The translations under genes were made by a program, and so were the position numbers. 64,000 nt of DNA from the human T2T-CHM13v2.0 reference genome, Homo sapiens, in assembly GCF_009914755.1 (NCBI RefSeq), contig NC_060931.1, one strand, 5' to 3'. The notes below the pieces were generated by a model that did not search any database, was not told where the DNA came from, and saw nothing but the letters and a program-made list of their open reading frames with translations. Shown here one piece after another: positions 14,428 through 29,417 of the stretch (positions are counted from its first letter, which is position 1; each line of letters begins with the position of its first letter).

Positions 14428-14672
14428 AGTTTATAAGTTCTAAACGGAATCTTCCAATTTTTGACTTGAAATAATTAGACATTAATTAGATATTACTGTT
14501 TCAAAAACAAGTCATGTGAATTTATGTACAAGAGATGTCTATTTCCATAAACCTAAAAGCCCTTTTCTTATGTCATCTTTATTGCTTTATACATCTTTCT
14601 ATTTATTCATTGATTAAAAACATTTATGAAGTATTTTCTAAGTGCTAAAGATACCATAGTTATTTTATATGT

Positions 14673-15186
14673 TGTGTTAGGCAGAATAATGTTTCCCAAA
14701 GATGTCCATGTCCTAATCCCTAGAAGTAGTGATAACATTACATAGCAAAAGGGACTTTGTATATGTGGTTGAGGTTAAGAACTTTGAGATGGGAGATTAT
14801 CTTGGTTTATCCAGGTAGGTCCATCATATATGAATACTTTAAGTCAGAGAACCTTTCCCAGCTGTGCTCAGAGAGAGCTGTGCTGTCTGAATAATGGTCA
14901 GAGGAATGCAACGTTGCTGATTTTGAAGATGGAGAAAGGGGGCCAGAAGATAAGAAATATGGGCAGCCTCTAGAAGCTGAAAAAGTTAAGGAAACAAATT
15001 CTCCCCTAGAGCCACCAGAAATGAACACTGCCCTGCTGTCACCTTGATTTTATCCCAGTGAGATGCATATCAGTCTTCGGAGGTACACTAACAAGGAATA
15101 CAATTGTGCTGCTGTAAAACCAACATTTTTTGTTTGTTTGTTTTTGTTTTTGTTTTTTTGTAATTTGTTATATCAGCAATTAATAC
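14673..15186 (+). mobile_element. MaLR LTR, MLT1D-like
   Basis: TGTGTTAGGCAGAATAATG..CCCAAAGATGTCCATGTCCTAATCCC start; GCAGCCTCTAGAAGCTG...TTCTCCCCTAGAGCC core. Confidence 0.8.
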
Positions 15187-18100
15187 CTACTATCTTCTAG
15201 GTATGTTTTACTTCTCTGAATGTTTTGTAAACTCTTTAAAGATAGTAATTAAGTCTTATAGTTCATTATATCTTTCCAAATTACCTATTTCTATGCTTTG
15301 CACTTAGTATTAAAGGAAATCTCTGAATGATTGATATAATAAGGAAAGTTTGTTTTTTAAGAAACTATTTGTATTGATTAGGTTACAATGATAATCTTAA
15401 CCTCACAGTGGTTTTTGCCTTACCCTGTGCAATGATACATTAACTGATCTTTAAGAGAAACATTTTGCAATGTGCTGTTTATTCAAGTAATCAGGAGAAA
15501 GCACAAATATTACACTTGACTTTGCAGGAAGATTGGCAAACAATAGTGCTGTTTTGAAAGACAGAGATCTGTATCTTTGAAAAGGGAAGTGGCAAAACTG
15601 TCTTTTCCTTTATCTATTCAGATTCCTTAGGAAGGAGGATTTTACAACTGGTATTATCCTTGTTGGAGACTCCTTTATATGGCTGGCACTCCTCCAGTCC
15701 AAGTTTATCTGATACCCTAATGCTTCCCGGAGCCTCCTCTGGGATGTAGATCCAAAGTTTTTGTGCAAAATGTAACGGAAAAAATTTGATGTAGCAGTGC
15801 AGAAACTTGCCAAATAATTTATTAAGAAGAAGCAGAAAAATAGTTACAGAAATTGCACAAAGTTTGTCAAACAGATGATTTTTGCTAAAAATCCTGGCCA
15901 CACCCTCTAGAACTTATGGGTGTAAAGTAGGTAATTGAAAATATTTTTATTCCTGCCCCTCTTACCTTTTTAGCTCGTTAACTACACCTTGGATGACTCT
16001 TGTATTTACATATCTTATTACATACATAAATCATGTGTTAAAACCCACTCTAATTCTTGCACCTGCTGGGAAATGACATTAATAACCATTGAATGCCCCA
16101 TGTACTAATAGATATGAAATCATTCAGAGAAATACGAGAAAGCTTCCCCACCTGAAGGGGAAATTATCTTCTACCAATAGGCCTAACAATAATAACCTGA
16201 GTAGAGCCACTAGAGATTTTATATAATATATATTTAAAGTTATTTCATGTATTTTTATACTTAATTTTGTATTTCCATTCTTTGTACTGTATTTCTTGTA
16301 ATTTTTTTGACTCAGTAACTAGAACTCAGTTTATTCTTTTGTTCCTTTTTGCTCAGTTATTATAATCTTTGGTGACCAAAACACTAGTATATGGCAAAAC
16401 TGAGACTGGAACCCAAACATTCTGCTTCTGGAACCTATTCTATTATCCTTTAGAAAAAAGGACAAAAATAAGGCACAGCAGTCTAGGGAAAGAAGATAAG
16501 GACTTTCCTCTCAATTGAACTTGAATGTAATGTAGAAACTGGGGAGAAATCCATCCATTAGTAATAAAACTGATTTCTCTCCATCGGTAGGTGACACCAT
16601 GCATAAGTCAATTGTTGCAATCATTACTCAGGACTGCCCTATTCCCCACATGCATTGATCTATAATCCCTTTCCATTTTTTTCGAACACTATTAGTTGTT
16701 ACAAGTTTTTTTGATATTGAAATGAATTATTGATGCTAACATTCTAGCTTTACCCATTGCTGCTAACAACACTTCAACTACTAGTCATTTACCCTCTCTT
16801 ACTTCTTCAAAGACAGGAAATATACCATCATTCTTGGCAGTTCTTTTACTAAGCCGTTGTATGTTTAGAAAATGCTCCTTCACGTTGATCTGAAATCTAC
16901 CACCTTATAATGTTCATGTATTTGGTTGTGATACTGCTTTCCAGAGCCAAAGAAAATAAGACTGCTCTCTTTAGAATACGTAAAGATGTGTAGTGCTTCA
17001 TAGGAGGCACCCTACTCCAGTCCTTTCAATATTCTTTCTCAGCTGTTATGTTCAAATGCCCTTTTAAACCACCAGGTCCAGAAGAGAATAGAACATGATA
17101 AACATGATCCACTCCATGCAGAATGGAGCTCTGATTACCTCTATTCATGAGCTAAAAACCAAAGAAATGTCAATTAGATTCAATTATTATAACACAGAAC
17201 CTGCCATCTATTGACAGGCTATTATATGTCCAAAACTGGGAAAGAACTTCATATAACACCGTATCATTTAATCCTCATAACAACTCCCTAAGGTGGGTAC
17301 TTTGGGGAGCAAGGCATACTATTTCTATCCAGATGTAATTTTTCTTTCTCCACATTTTGTTCACTGTGGTCTCTCAGTGCCCACTCAGTATCACTTCTTC
17401 AGGCAGGCTTGTGAAACTTCTCTTGCATGCTTTGTGGATATTTAGGAACAATAAAATATAAAATGTACATAAATATATTTTATAGCAGTATTAAAATGAT
17501 GTAGTAAAACCATTCTCACATAATAAATCCTCATAAATGCAGTTATTTAAAAGTGTTATTTTCTCATGTAATCCGTTCTTTAACTCATGCTTATAAGGTT
17601 ATGTCAGCTCAAATAGTTACATATGATTTGATTATTTAATATTAACAGGTAAACATTTGGTCATATAATTTTTAGCTGTTTGTCAAAACTGAAATCCACA
17701 ATAATTAGGAAAAAATCATTAAGAGAAAGCTGTTTGGAACATGAAAATTCAAGCAACCATAACAAAAGTATCCATAAATCACAAAAAAAAAGCCTATGAG
17801 AAATTTATCCAGATTTAAAAACAAAGATCATTGTTTTTCAACTGGAATAAAATTTAATTATAATACCATAGGATCAAGAGTCACTGTCCAATAATGTGTT
17901 TTAAATTAACTAAATGACACCTTACCCTCTTTTTATATCTACTCCAGGAAACCCTGATCTTTATAGTTCACAAAAATATAAACATACTTGTCAGACCTCA
18001 CTAAATTTATTAAGATCTGGCAGAATGCCTATGCAAAAAAATATGTTTCAGAAGGAAGTTTAAAATGAGTGAGAAAAATAACCTCTTGAAGTCAACCAGC

Positions 18101-18817
18101 AGAGCAAAGCAGGTTGCAGCTAACTAGTGATATAATGAGTTCCTTTAGTACTTACCTATCATATACTAACCATTTCATTTTTTAAACAAACTTCTAAAAC
18201 AGATTTGCTGCACCCTGAGTTCTGTTCACTTTGGCAGTAATAAAAATTTCACTGAGATAAATCTGTGTCATGAAAATGAGAGATAAAGATGAAAAACATT
18301 AAATACGTGATGCTATCACCTACACTGATACTTTAAATTTGTTTTCACCTGTGTCTTGAATTTATATAGTCCTTGGTTAATCACCTCTGTATTATGCTGG
18401 CTTGGCCAACATTAGGCATAAGACAGGGAACCATGGTTACTTCAAAATAAGTAATAAAACAATAGATAAGAAGTCTTTCAAAATATTCATAGAAATAAAA
18501 TGCATTTGAATCACCATTTATTTCCTTATTTTGTATGCTGACTGATTAGCATTTTATTTGCCCTTAAGAAATTAAGAAAATTTAATGAAAAATACACACA
18601 TATAAATATATGTTTATATATTCAAGCTATGTGCAGAGAAAAATAGTAAATTCACAAATATTCTTTAAAATAATTGATCATTTTAGTGTCATTATTCTTA
18701 AAGGGTCACCTCCCCAAAATTGTATTTCCTTTTATTTCTAAATATTTTAATGTTTAAATATTAAATAATTCGTTAAGAATTTCTGGTGGGGTAACACTTT
18801 TCAAAGACAAATTTCTT

Positions 18818-20186
<1,369 letters not shown>

Positions 20187-21399
20187 TCAATATCATATAA
20201 ATTATGCCAAAGGTTCAGTAATAATGGTCCATTAAATGTGTTCATAATTAATCTAATTTTCTGCTACTGTGGTTAAAAACATTTATAGGATCTAGTCCTG
20301 AAAACATGACATGTAAATTTGCATAAGTTACTGCAATTTAATCTGATTGTTGCTAATTACAAAGGAAAATGACTTCAGAAAACAATAGAGTTTCTTTATA
20401 AATTCCTTATTTTGCTTTAATTCTGGCAATAAAAACAAAAGAAACTCAACATTTTTGGCCTCACATTGAATATATTATAACAGCCAAGATGTTCAAGATA
20501 CAACAGGTGAGACCCAAATGATTTTGGAGACTAAACTATTAAGGACATAATTACCCCAAAAGTTATAGATTAAGTTTCACTAAAATAAAACTTAAATGAA
20601 ATTAATTAAAATGTAATTATAATTTTCTTCCAAGAGAAATATTGTTTTCCTTCTTGCTAATCTTTTCCAGGTATTGAACTACCGTTAATATTACATTTGT
20701 TTCTAAATAGGGCCACTGATTTCAGAGGAAAAAGATCATATATAATAGTCCAAATATTGTGCTGTAATGTATAGAAAGATAATTCCACTTAACTGCTCAT
20801 ATGTAGTTCATGTTGCTATACTTTTTCCTATTATTATTATTATATATTTATTATACTATATATACTTGATATGAAAACACATGCAAATTTATATTTAAAA
20901 CATCACTTAAAAAAACATTTCAAGGATATTTGGGGCCAAAAGCAAGAATGCTTTACTGTAATTTTTTTAACTTGTTACTTATTTTGAATAAAACTGAAAG
21001 GCTAAAAGTAGAATTAATAAGTTAGCATTTAAGTAGGACCCATTTTTTTTATTATCTCTGGCATTCATTGGTAAATGGCAATTTAATTTTTTATCCTATC
21101 CCACTAATATTCACCATAAAGCATCTTTATCACTTGGTTTCCACAATATCATACTGTCATACTTTTTTACTATGTGCTTTTATTTTTCTCATTTATTGGA
21201 TCAGTTTGTCTCCATACACCCTATATTTGGCTACTTGCCAGAGGCAGAGTACTTCATTGTGTTCCTTTGCCTAAACATTCTTCCTCAGAGGGCTGCTTTA
21301 TTGTCATGGCATAGCTCCTTAATGACAAATAACATTTCATTAAATTATGATTCCTCAGTATTTAACTCAGAGACCCACATATGTTTCAGTCAAATCATC

Positions 21400-21780
21400 T
21401 ATATTCATTCATTCTTTCTTTTAGTTTTTTTTTTCTGTGAAAGTTTAATGAGGGCCTATTTTCTGTCAATAATAATTGTAGGCTGTGAAGCACTGGTGAA
21501 TGAAATAGGCAAAGGTCCCTGGTCACCTGTAGATGATATTTTAGTGAAAAGAGACAGCAAGCAAGTAAATACACAATTACTGAGATTATTTTAGATAAAT
21601 AGTGCTCTGAAGAATATAAAACACGGTGATGTGTTAGGAGTGCTGAAACAAATAGGGATGGAAAATTTAGATTGGACTAAGAAAGACTGAGTAGGAGAGG
21701 TGACAAGAGAATTAAGACAAAATGTCAAAAGCAAATGGTTTTGGGAAATCTGGGATAAGAGCTTCCAGAGCAAGTATGAT
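21400..21780 (-). mobile_element. L2 3'-end relic
   Basis: ATTCATTCATTC tail, then typical L2 3' sequence (GGTGAATGAAATAGGCAAAGGTCCCTG...). Confidence 0.55.
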
Positions 21781-22077
21781 TTGAAAGGTATATGTCCAGA
21801 ATGAGCCTGTCCTCTGACTGCACCTTCTCAGTCCCTTCTGGTCGTTTTGATCAATATTTGAATGTCAACCCAGAGTTAGTTTAACAGACCACCATACTAA
21901 CTTCCTCAAGACTTGCTAACTCCTTTAACATTAAAATGTTTTTTGGTGACATTACCATTTTTCAGATCACCAAGTTAGGAATCTTGAATTAGCTGAGACC
22001 CTCATCTTTCTTTTTCATGAAGAATCAGCCAAGATTCTTTTCAGATATGTTTTCTCTCTCCCCCGCCGGCTCTGTTT

Positions 22078-22245
22078 TTCTGTTTGTTTGTTTTTTGAGA
22101 CAGGATCTCACTCCCATTGCCCATGCCAGAGTGCAGTGGTGCAATATTGGTTCACTGCAGCCTCGACTTCCAAGCCTCAGGTGATTCTCCCATCTCAGAC
22201 TCCTGACTAGCTGGGACTACAGGCATGTGCCACCACACCTGTCTA

Positions 22246-22296
<51 letters not shown>

Positions 22297-22416
22297 TGTA
22301 GCGAACAGGCCTCTCTATGTTGCTCAGGCTGGTCTCTAACTCCCGGGCTCAAGCAATCTGCCTGCCTCAGCCTCCCAAAGTGCTGGGATTACAGGGCTGC
22401 GCCACTGCGTCTGGCC
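22078..22416 (-). mobile_element. AluJ-like with (ATT)17 in the middle linker
   Basis: Both arms recognisable; J-type CACTGCAGCCTCGAC. Confidence 0.88.
22246..22296. repeat. (ATT)17 microsatellite
   Basis: 51 bp perfect trinucleotide repeat. Confidence 0.95.
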
Positions 22417-22981
22417 TCTTCTATCTTTTTCTTTCTACTTCCCTAGATGTGTCACCTGGTCCAATTACATGATTTCCTGAAAACATAGTACTTCATCTGT
22501 GAAACAGAGGTGATACTCCTAGTGGTAACGTAACTGCCGGAAGTGTTCTTCCTGCCCGTTACAAAGAAAGACCAGGGGAAATAACATGAGTTTTGCAAAG
22601 AGGCACACAGATTAAAATCTGGCCCACTGCTTATTAACTATCTCATCAGGACAGCGCCAAACTATTTTAATTTTTGCTTTCTTGCTTTGTAAAAAAAAGA
22701 ATTCATTAAATAAAATGATGTGCTTGCTTCACAATACTTTTGTAAAGAATAAGGAAGATATCACACAAAAATAACCTAGCATACATATTTAGTGAGTGTT
22801 AAATAGCCTCCCTTGTCCTTTTTTATTATGGCACCAAAGGAATTAATATATAGGAAGCACTTTATTGATGATATAAAATATTTTGTAAAACATTTTTCTG
22901 TTTTTCTTATATTCCCAGTGTCCCTAACTGATCTAAACCCTCAGCTCTTCCCACTTGAATTTTTCTTTAATTTTTGGAGGC

Positions 22982-23345
22982 AGCTGTGGTTTGAATGTTT
23001 ATGTCTGCTGAAAATTTGTATGTTGAAATCCTAACCCCCAAGGTGATGGAATTATGAGGTGGGGCCTTTGGGAGGTGATTAGGTCATGAGGGCAGAGCTC
23101 TTATAAATGGGATTAGTGCCCTTCCAAAAGAGGTTCCAGAGAGATCCCTCTACCCATCCACCATGTCAGCACACAGCTAGAAGGCACCCTCTGAACCAGA
23201 TGTCTGGCCCTCACTAGACACCGAATGGGCCAGCACTTTGTTCTTGGACTTCTCAGCCTCCAGAGCTGTGAGAAAAAAATTTCTGTTGTATATAAGCAAC
23301 CTAACTCTTGTTATTTTATTAAACCAGCCTGAATGGACAAAGACA
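22982..23345 (+). mobile_element. MaLR solo LTR, MLT1A0-like
   Basis: GTTGAAATCCTAACCCCCAAGGTGATGG...GGGGCCTTTGGGAGGTGATTAGGTCATGAGGG...AAGACA; near-perfect 5-bp TSD GAGGC/GATGC. Confidence 0.85.
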
Positions 23346-26300
23346 GATGCTAAATAAGGAGCTAATCATTCTTTTCCTTAAGATCTCTCATATTGAGCTC
23401 AGTGAAACAGGGGCATCAGAGCTTGGACACCAGAGATTTTGCCTAGGATAGATTATGCGGGGGATATAACTGAATATGAAACCATCAAAACTTCATTACA
23501 CTTCCCATGAATGAGTTTCTAAGAGTGCAGAGGTTCACATGGAGAAATCTGTGACCCCTGGCACCATGCTGTTTGAGTGACTGGTTATTCTGAAAAGACT
23601 GCAATCACTGAGCCAATTGGGAGAGCAGTCCTCAGCTTAGTCCTATACACACCACACCACCCATGATCAGGAGCCTGGCAGCTTCTCCAGAAGATTTTGC
23701 CAACAGAATGACTATACTATCATAAAGCAGGTCATAGCCCTCAAAGATCAAGAGAAAATCTCTTTTTGAAGCTACCATTCCCTTCACTAGAAGTTCCAGC
23801 AAAGAGGAGGTTTTGCTGCAGTTGTTTTTATTTGTTTTGGGTTGTTTTTGCTCTTGCTTTTCTTGTTTTGTTTTGTTTTGTTTTGTTTTGTTTTTAACCA
23901 AGTTCAAGGCCAGAAAAGTGTATCACCCATAAAGTAACCCCAGCACTCCATGCCAGAGGAATTTCTGACAAAATGAATGGTTTCAAATACAACAGCCTGC
24001 TGACTAAGTTCCCAGCTTGCAACCTCCCTGGAATCTGCAGTCTTGGATTAACCCTCAGCAAAAAAGACCTTCATTCTGGTGTCTTTGCCATATCTATTGT
24101 CTGCTCCAATCCTATGAACCCTCTAGGAAGTGTAAGCTAATTTGGACAACTAGATGTGCAGTCATACTATAAAACTATTTTGTTCTACTTCTTCTAAATG
24201 TATTTTAAAAAGAACGTAAGGAAAAAGTAGCAAAGCCTCTTTAAAAATCCAAATTCAGAACCAGCAGAAGGAACACAGGAAGCTTTACTGAGTAATTGAA
24301 GTGATTACATGCAAAGCACTTTCCCATAATCAGCGAGTTTCAAAGAAGGGCAGAGGGTGATTGACAGTGTTGGCCACCCTTGAAACTACATCCTGATTGG
24401 AGAAAATAATTACAAGCAGGGAGAAAGAGACTCAGTGCTCTACATCTCTTTTATTTTTAGATTTAATCTGAGAGAAGAAAGATTATAGAAGAAAATAAAG
24501 TTTAGAAAGTTTAGAAATCTTGTTCTTGGAGAATAAGAAAGCAAAAAGTCCCTGCTATACCAACCGCAATAGCTTATTTTATGTTTTATTTTCCTTTTAT
24601 TCATTTACTGAGCACCTACTATGCTCCAGGTTGTAGAAAAGATCAAAGGATGTTTTGGCATAAAAACATGTGAACTGTAAACCTATAAACAGATATTAAG
24701 CTGTCATTGTGGATATAAACTTTTCAAGAAAAAGAGGGTAAAATGACAAGCTAAGATTCCATATCAAGCTTGCTGTCTGTTTGCTGGAATGTATAACTAT
24801 GTACACATATGTGCAATAGATAGGGTAGAGCAATTTCAGTTGAACCAGACATGGAGTCACTAGACTCGAAGGATTCCAGAGCTCTAGGAAAGCCTTTGAA
24901 AGCCACTGGCCTATGAGAAAGTATTAATGCATCCTTGTCTGCTGTTGGTGTTCTGGCCCTTCAAAAGGAGTCAGGCTGTTTTGCTATCTTTGAAATGCTT
25001 CCTCCTTTCTTCCTCTGTCTTGTTGAATGCTTCTACCTTGAATTCTTGATCTCTCTCTCTCTTTTTTTTAACAAAAGGCTGCCTGCCCTCTTCCCTGAAG
25101 ATTCCCAGATTCACATTTATCTTTTGATTTCTCCCAAATGCCTACAGCAAGTGCTAAAAACACAGTATTTGCTTGCATACCATTTTTCTATCACTCAGTG
25201 TGTGAATTTCTCATAAGTCCTAAGAAGCTCATGATATACTTACTTACCTCTTTTGGATTTCTTTCTACAAGTGCCCAGCCTTTGCAGTCAGCTTTTGAGG
25301 GTTTAAATTCTGGTTCGACCACTTAATTGCCAAGACCTATTAGCAAGCTATTTACCGTCTCCTCATGTCATTTTCTGCATCTATAAAATGATGATTGATA
25401 ATACTCATATATACCTTATATGGTTGTTTTAAAAGTTAAATAAAATAATGCATACTCGATACAGTGCCTGGCACTCAACACATTTGAACTATTATTATTA
25501 TTATCAGTATTATAATTATTTTCTCAGGAAAGATTTACTGAGTGGAATTCTGTTAAATAAAAATTAGAATAAGTCTGTTCCACATTCTTTCCCAAGGAGA
25601 AAAATGGAAAGTTTTCAGAATGTCACCCATTCACAAGAATGTGTTGCCAAAGCCAAATGGGAGGGAACTAGAAAATCCTGAATGGAACTGGCTAAGCAGA
25701 AAGTATTAATATATTAGACTAAACAACAAGCCGGGTGATGTAGGGGAATAAGGCGTTAATATGAAAGCATTGGCTTGGAAATTCCTGGTTACCCATGGTC
25801 AAGTTGGATGAGCAGAAAGTGATGCAGCCCAGCTGCCTCCCTCACCACTGCTCCTCCCATGTTGCAAGCACTCTCTTAGGAGAGGCTTCATATCAGCAGC
25901 ATTTAGTCTTACCTTTAGGTATTCTGTTCCATTTTATGACTAAATCTAAATCATTTCCTAAAATCTTCAGTGGGCTTCGTAAGTGAATTATCGGTGGCAG
26001 AATTTAACTGGTCTAGAAACGAGTGCAGAATCTGGGTGTTTTTAGAGACACAGATGCAGGGCTACTCTCAGTACAGAGACTAGACCATTAGTTCCGTTGT
26101 GTGCTTTATTTTGGCAACAAAGCAGTGAACTGTGAAACACTGAGCAAAACTTCAGATTGCTACCAAACAGAGAACGTCGTGATTTACAAAATGAAACATT
26201 TCATAGATAGTATGCGCAGTGAAGCCTCTTAAAAGGATTCCTCCTTTTAATCATGTTTAATATTTTATTCTTGTCGATTTTTCTAATTTACTTGACATTC

Positions 26301-27581
26301 TCTCAGCACTCTCGTTAACTACAAATTGTTGGCCATTGGTCTGACATCATCTTCTCTGATTTCCCAATACTCCTCTATGGTAATTGGGGTTTTTACAATG
26401 AGCCATCACATGGTTTTATCTGGTAAGTGTCTGTCTCTCTCACTTTAGGCTCCTAGCACGTTGAGGGCAAGGACTTTATTAATCAGCCATGTAATTTTAG
26501 TTCAAGGCACACACTAGATGAACAAAATATTAATGTTGAATATACAAATGCTAAATATTTTGTTAATAAAGTTTTGGGATTTTTTTTTTTTTTTTTTAGT
26601 ATTTCTACTAATTCTCAGGCCTAGGCTTTAGAACTCTTCCAAGTTACTTTCTTAAATTCAGAGGTTTATTCAACATCTATCCCATTTCCAGAAAGCCCAT
26701 TAACAATGTCCTTAATATGGTTCACCAATAATCTGCTTGCATACAATATTCTGAGTTGTATTCCCTTGTCTGCAAATAGGAATAATTATATCTATTTCTC
26801 AGATAATATATTAAAACAAACAAACATGAAACAAAAAAGGAAAGACCAAAAATTCAGGGCAGTAATTAGCTTTTACAAATGCAGAAGTTATTTTTGGCAC
26901 TAAGGACTAACAGCAAGACAAGCAATCATCTTTGAGAGAGTGCTCACTGAAAGACCACTCCCAGGAGGGAAGATTTGTTGACCATATTTGAACAAACTCA
27001 TTCTTTTTTTTTGTGGAAAGCTCTAAACCTACCTTTCAGTAAACAATCCACTGAATATGTTAATGAAGATGCCATATAGTAATCTTGCAAAGGACGAAAA
27101 TAGGTATTTATATATCCAAAAATTTTCAATGGCTAATAATTACCTCAGGCTTACATCATTCAAGATACTACATTAGGTGACCAACAGTTTACTCTAGATT
27201 TGGCTGTTTCTCCATTTAGTGTAATTAATTCTGGATTAAACGTCTCCTCTTCTAAAACAATATCCTCTCATTAAGAAGTAGACTGAATATTGTAGATTCT
27301 GTGTTTTGAAATGCATTTATTTCCAAGAGAATAATATCATTTGTTTCTAAATATTCTTTGGCTTAATATAATTATTTGATCCTATATAAAATAGAGATAG
27401 ATATATAAATTTCTCTGTATTGATTGCAGATATATATACATATATATGCTTTCTACATCAAAATGCACAAAATCATTTAAAATTTTCAGATTTATATGCC
27501 AACATATTTAGCCATGCCTGTAAGATCCTTTCTGTAATCTGTACTAATTTAAAAGAACTTTAAAATATACATGTTGACAGA

Positions 27582-27883
27582 TTTTATTTTGAGACATGGT
27601 CTCCCTTTGTCACCTAGGCCAGAGTACAGTGGCACAATCTTGGCTCATTGCAGCCTCGACCTCCCAGGTTGAAGTGATTTTCCTGCCTCAGCTCCTCAAG
27701 TAGCCGGGATTACAGGAAAAGGCCACCACAATTGGCTACTTTTTGTTTGTTTGTTTGTTTGTTTTGTAGAGATGATGTTTTACCATGTTGCCCAGGCTGG
27801 TCTCGAATTCCTAAACTCAAGCAATCCACCCATATCGGTTTCCCTAGTGCTGGGATTACAGGCATGAGTCACTGCACCGGGCC
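27582..27883 (-). mobile_element. AluJ-like
   Basis: Full dimer, diverged, (TTTG)n linker. Confidence 0.88.
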
Positions 27884-29383
27884 AACAGATAGTTTTTTTA
27901 AAAAACCGAATTCCCTGATAAACCTTAATCTCCCTAAGTAGCGCCTTAATAAATTTCACATCTTTGTTGTGTAAAAATGCAAAGACTTTCAGGTGAATTT
28001 TCAAGTATAATGCAGATTGTCCAGTGAAGTTCATGAGATGCTACAAATGATAAAAGATTTTTATTTAAATTGATCTCAATGAAAATGTAGATGTAGCTTA
28101 GAAAATAGTCAAGATGCAATACAAAATAGAAAACTGAATAGAAAAGTTGTGTCCATATTTCTTTATGGCTGGGAAAAATAAATGGTAGTTATTTACTTCA
28201 ATATGATAGCCCTAGATTGAAAAGGTTAATAACAGATTTTCACTAATTAGACAGTGGTTTAAAAGAATATTTGCACAGAATTTTAAATCCTTGTTTAACC
28301 GGTGTTGGTTAAGAAATGTCCTCCAGCACCAAAACATGAAATCAAAATGTAAATAAAAGATCAAAGGCTTTGCACAGCTGGCCATGGTGGTCCCTCAATT
28401 CACACCAGGCCTCACTGAGCAGTTAGCAAAATCATGTTTAATAGCTATGCTGAGTGTCAGTGTCACCCTGAAAGCAGTGTAGGTTTGGAGATCAGGGAAG
28501 GAAAATGAAAAAGAGGTTATAAAAAGGAGAAGCTGAAACTATCAGCAAAATCTTCAGGAAAAACTTGCCCAAACAGAAAAGAAAAATGATTTTGTCTGTA
28601 AAACTTATTTCACCTTTAAGTAGCAGATTTGTTCTGCAGACAATGGTCTTAAATTGTTTCTTAAATTAGCACGTTTTGATTTCTCAAATAAAATCACAGA
28701 ACATTACAAAGTAACCTTAAATAAGATGTGACACACTGTGCATCATCAATTTTTCTCTTTAAATCAGGCATGCAAATTCCAAGTCATTTGCTAGGGTGCA
28801 AAAGTGAATTATGTCTTGCTTAGATGAAATTGCTTAATGCAGGAGTCTTCATTCATGGAATAGTTTCAAAGAACATGATAATAAATATTAATTGAATTCT
28901 TCCAGAATGAGATTATAACACAGAGCAACAATGGGTGGATCCCACAATTTTAGAAGTAGCCCGTTCCCCCTCTTCTGTTTATAATGCCCTCTAAAGTCTG
29001 TCTATAATACATCTGGTGTTTGTTCTCCTAGACTGAAACTAACTAGTAGACCACCAGTAATTTAAATTGTACCCTGTTTCAAGGATATTTGACATGTGGT
29101 CCCTTTGGAAGAACTAATGCAAAAAACTGGCTCTAACCCTGGAAATAAGGTTACTATAGACTAACAGAAGGTTGCAATTAAGTAATATCAAGAAGGTTAA
29201 CCTGTAAATTTCTCTCTCAAATACGTACTAATCTCATTTGTAAACCATTTTATGCAGTTACAGAGAATGAAAATAATAAGGGTTATATTGTTTAATTTTA
29301 AATGTGATTTTTTTTTCCTCTGGAAGGAAAAATAAAAAGAAAATGTCACATTTAGTTAATAGTTACCAGTCTACCAAACACAA

Positions 29384-29385
<2 letters not shown>

Positions 29386-29415
<30 letters not shown>
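29386..29415. repeat. (AC)15 microsatellite
   Basis: 30 bp perfect dinucleotide repeat. Confidence 0.95.

Positions 29416-29417
<2 letters not shown>

Noticed and set aside
21172-21594. 140-aa hydrophobic ORF as a membrane protein
   Set aside because: Hydrophobicity follows from T-rich DNA; overlaps an L2 relic; no promoter or splice support.
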